Shown here one piece after another: positions 30,231 through 32,000 of a stretch of DNA of 32,000 bases. Positions within the stretch are counted from its first letter, which is position 1; each line of letters begins with the position of its first letter. Both the position numbers and the translations under genes were made by a program. A model generated the notes under the pieces. It saw only the letters and a list, made by a program, of their open reading frames with translations. It was not told where the DNA came from and searched no databases. Source of the stretch: Candidatus Lokiarchaeum ossiferum (GTDB lineage Archaea > Asgardarchaeota > Lokiarchaeia > Sigyniarchaeales > Promethearchaeaceae); NCBI GenBank assembly GCA_025839675.1, contig CP104013.1, forward strand, positions 3,990,001 through 4,022,000, given 5' to 3'.

Positions 30231-32000
30231 TTGGTTACAGAAAAAGAATTTCGGGAAATAATTGAACGAACTGAAACATTGCATTTAAGCGATCCTCAAG
30301 AGGAAGAACAGTTTCTGAAAGAAAATCTTACAAAAAATCTTACCCAACCTCAATATATCACTCTCAATTTACAACTTGCCTACTGTTTCTTAGTTCTTTC
30401 TCGTTATAATGATTCTTATGAGTTATATTCGCAAATGAAAGAGTTTGCTTTAAAAGATAAGAATGAAGAGTTATATGCAGATACTCTTGAAGGGATTGGA
30501 AATACCCAAGTTGAAATCGGTCAAAAAAAAGAAGCTCGGAAGAATCTCTTGGAAGCAATCTCTATTTATCAGAAACTCAATCTTCCTGAAAAGGAATCCA
30601 AAGCATCCAATTGTCTGGCTGTACTCTATTTTCAAGCCAATGATTATGATGAGGCCATCAAATGGTATGAAAAAGCTCAAAATCTGACAGATGACAAAAA
30701 GTCAATCCGGTTTGTTAATGCCCTAGGAAATTCGGGATTGATTTATCATTCTCAAGGTAATATGGAGAAAGCGGCTGAAATATATAGTCGAGCAGTTTCG
30801 ATAGCAAAAGAATGTCATTATTCATTTGTGCGACTTATTTTTCAGGAAAAACTCGGAGAAACTTATCGAGAATTAGGGGATTTGGAAAACGCCGAGGCAA
30901 ATTTTAACGATGCCTATCAATTTGCGGTAAAGATGCAAGATGATAAGCATATTGGTACTCTTTCAACCTTTTTAGCCAATTTTTGGTTAGAAATGGGTAA
31001 TTTTCATAAGGCTTATACATACCTCCAACAAGGGTTTATTCATTTGAAAAAAGTCCATTTTCCCTTTGGATTACTGGACTGTTATTATGTTTCAGCTCAA
31101 TTTTGGCTCGCTAAAGGACAATTGGCTGATTCAAAGAAAGATTTATTTAAAGTTCTTGAAATTATTGAATCTAATGGGATTTTTGAAGTTGAATGTGATG
31201 TTTTAACAATGTTAGCTGAAGTGCATGAATCATTAGGCGAACTTGATGAAGCATTTCGCTGTCTCGTTAAAGCAGATAAATTAGCTCAAGAACGGAATTC
31301 TAAATTTCAACATGCTATGGTGTTACTTCAGCGGGCACGAATTAATATCAATCTTACCAAATTTAATGAAGCAATCATATTTTTGAATGAAGTGCTCTGG
31401 ATTGCTGGTGAATCCGAAGATCTCTATTTAGTCTATGAATCAAATTTTCTTTTCACCCAAATTTATTTAACCAAATACATTCGTAATAAAACCACGTTTT
31501 CTTTTTATGAAGAGGCGTTAAAATATTTACGAATCGCATTACGTCTTACAAAAGAGAAAAAATTAATTCCCCGTTATATCAACACCCTTATTATAGAAGC
31601 ATTATTAACTTCTTCCCAAAATGACTATCCATCTGCATTAAATTCTTTGAAAACGGCTCAAAAATATGCTGAAGAATCGCGTATGGATAGAAAACTTCAA
31701 GAAATCAACGAACGTCTCAATTTTATTGAAAATACTTCCCCTTCCCATAAAATCTGTACTGCTCAACAAAATTTTGTTCTTGCAATAGCTCTTGAAGATT
31801 TGCGACGGTTCACGTTTTTCTATCCCAATAATAGTTTAACCGAAAAGTTAACCGACGATTCTTTTATAGTAGCCTATGAGATTTTTAAAAATGGGGACCA
31901 TAAAATTCTCTCGGTTGATAATACCCCGCTTGTTGATATCTCCTATTCCGCAGAAGTGGATCAGATGGGGTGTGTTTATGCGCGGAATCTCTATAGCAAA
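30231..32000 (+). CDS. TPR-repeat protein, paralogue of 23158..25290 (3' end outside the window; absent from the ORF track because no stop is reached)
   Basis: I translated the frame with codons starting at positions divisible by 3. It is open from the stop at 30186-30188 to nt 32000. The first start is TTG at 30231 (MVTEKEFREIIERTE...), preceded by AGGTG 8 nt upstream. TPR units include LYADTLEGIGNTQVEIGQKKEARKNLLEAISIYQKL, SNCLAVLYFQANDYDEAIKWYEKAQNL, VNALGNSGLIYHSQGNMEKAAEIYSRAVSIAKE and QEKLGETYRELGDLENAEANFNDAYQFAVKM. The last about 50 aa (DDSFIVAYEIFKNGDHKILSVDNTPLV...) leave the TPR pattern at the same place as in the paralogue. Confidence 0.8.
   Translation, partial: MVTEKEFREIIERTETLHLSDPQEEEQFLKENLTKNLTQPQYITLNLQLAYCFLVLSRYNDSYELYSQMKEFALKDKNEELYADTLEGIGNTQVEIGQKKEARKNLLEAISIYQKLNLPEKESKASNCLAVLYFQANDYDEAIKWYEKAQNLTDDKKSIRFVNALGNSGLIYHSQGNMEKAAEIYSRAVSIAKECHYSFVRLIFQEKLGETYRELGDLENAEANFNDAYQFAVKMQDDKHIGTLSTFLANFWLEMGNFHKAYTYLQQGFIHLKKVHFPFGLLDCYYVSAQFWLAKGQLADSKKDLFKVLEIIESNGIFEVECDVLTMLAEVHESLGELDEAFRCLVKADKLAQERNSKFQHAMVLLQRARININLTKFNEAIIFLNEVLWIAGESEDLYLVYESNFLFTQIYLTKYIRNKTTFSFYEEALKYLRIALRLTKEKKLIPRYINTLIIEALLTSSQNDYPSALNSLKTAQKYAEESRMDRKLQEINERLNFIENTSPSHKICTAQQNFVLAIALEDLRRFTFFYPNNSLTEKLTDDSFIVAYEIFKNGDHKILSVDNTPLVDISYSAEVDQMGCVYARNLYSK

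Noticed and set aside
30364-30687. Track ORFs 30364..30558(-), 30463..30687(+) and 30471..30680(-)
   Set aside because: They fall inside the long open TPR frame (30231..32000+) that the track omitted because it has no stop in the window. The TPR frame has clear repeat structure and these do not.
1-32000. Search for tRNA/rRNA genes, C/D-box sRNAs, CRISPR arrays, transposases, integrases and defence-system hallmarks (nucleases, STAND NTPases, TIR, Cas, RM methylases)
   Set aside because: There are no GC-rich ~75-nt islands in the intergenic regions, no RUGAUGA...CUGA pairs at sRNA spacing, no spaced identical repeats beyond the two short tandem duplications reported, and no ORF with such motifs. 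The TPR proteins lack any NTPase or nuclease domain, so I do not call them defence STAND proteins.

Overview
The window is AT-rich (GC not computed) and densely coding, with about 27 protein genes, short intergenic gaps and several tight operons. I found no rRNA, tRNA, CRISPR array, transposase, integrase or phage-like gene.

The gene content suggests an Asgard-type, Lokiarchaeia-like archaeal chromosome. This is an inference from several features:
- a strikingly eukaryote-like UBC-fold E2 ubiquitin-conjugating enzyme
- a DET2/SRD5A-type 5-alpha-reductase
- many sequon-rich (N-x-S/T) surface proteins with C-terminal membrane anchors
- a PocR-PAS histidine kinase
- GGTG-type ribosome-binding sites

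Recognisable functions:
- cupin plus Fe-alcohol dehydrogenase operon
- ABC-2 transporter operon with an anchored extracellular protein
- FabH-like condensing enzyme
- orphan PocR/PAS sensor kinase
- orphan E2
- flavin reductase
- heterodimeric ABC exporter operon with one degenerate ATP site
- SRD5A-like reductase followed by a ThiI-like THUMP protein lacking the PP-loop
- tandem GNAT acetyltransferase

The most interesting unexplained content:
- Three proteins carry a predicted beta-beta-alpha-beta-beta-alpha (longin/roadblock-like) C-terminal module. One is fused to a 7TM domain and two to long TPR arrays. They may be parts of an undescribed Asgard signalling family.
- A surface protein contains 12 phased 14-residue repeats, each with one N-glycosylation sequon.
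- The E2 has no E1, ubiquitin or E3 partner nearby.
- Perfect direct DNA repeats lie in two promoter regions.

All homology statements come from reading the translations and from remembered family motifs. No database search was run.
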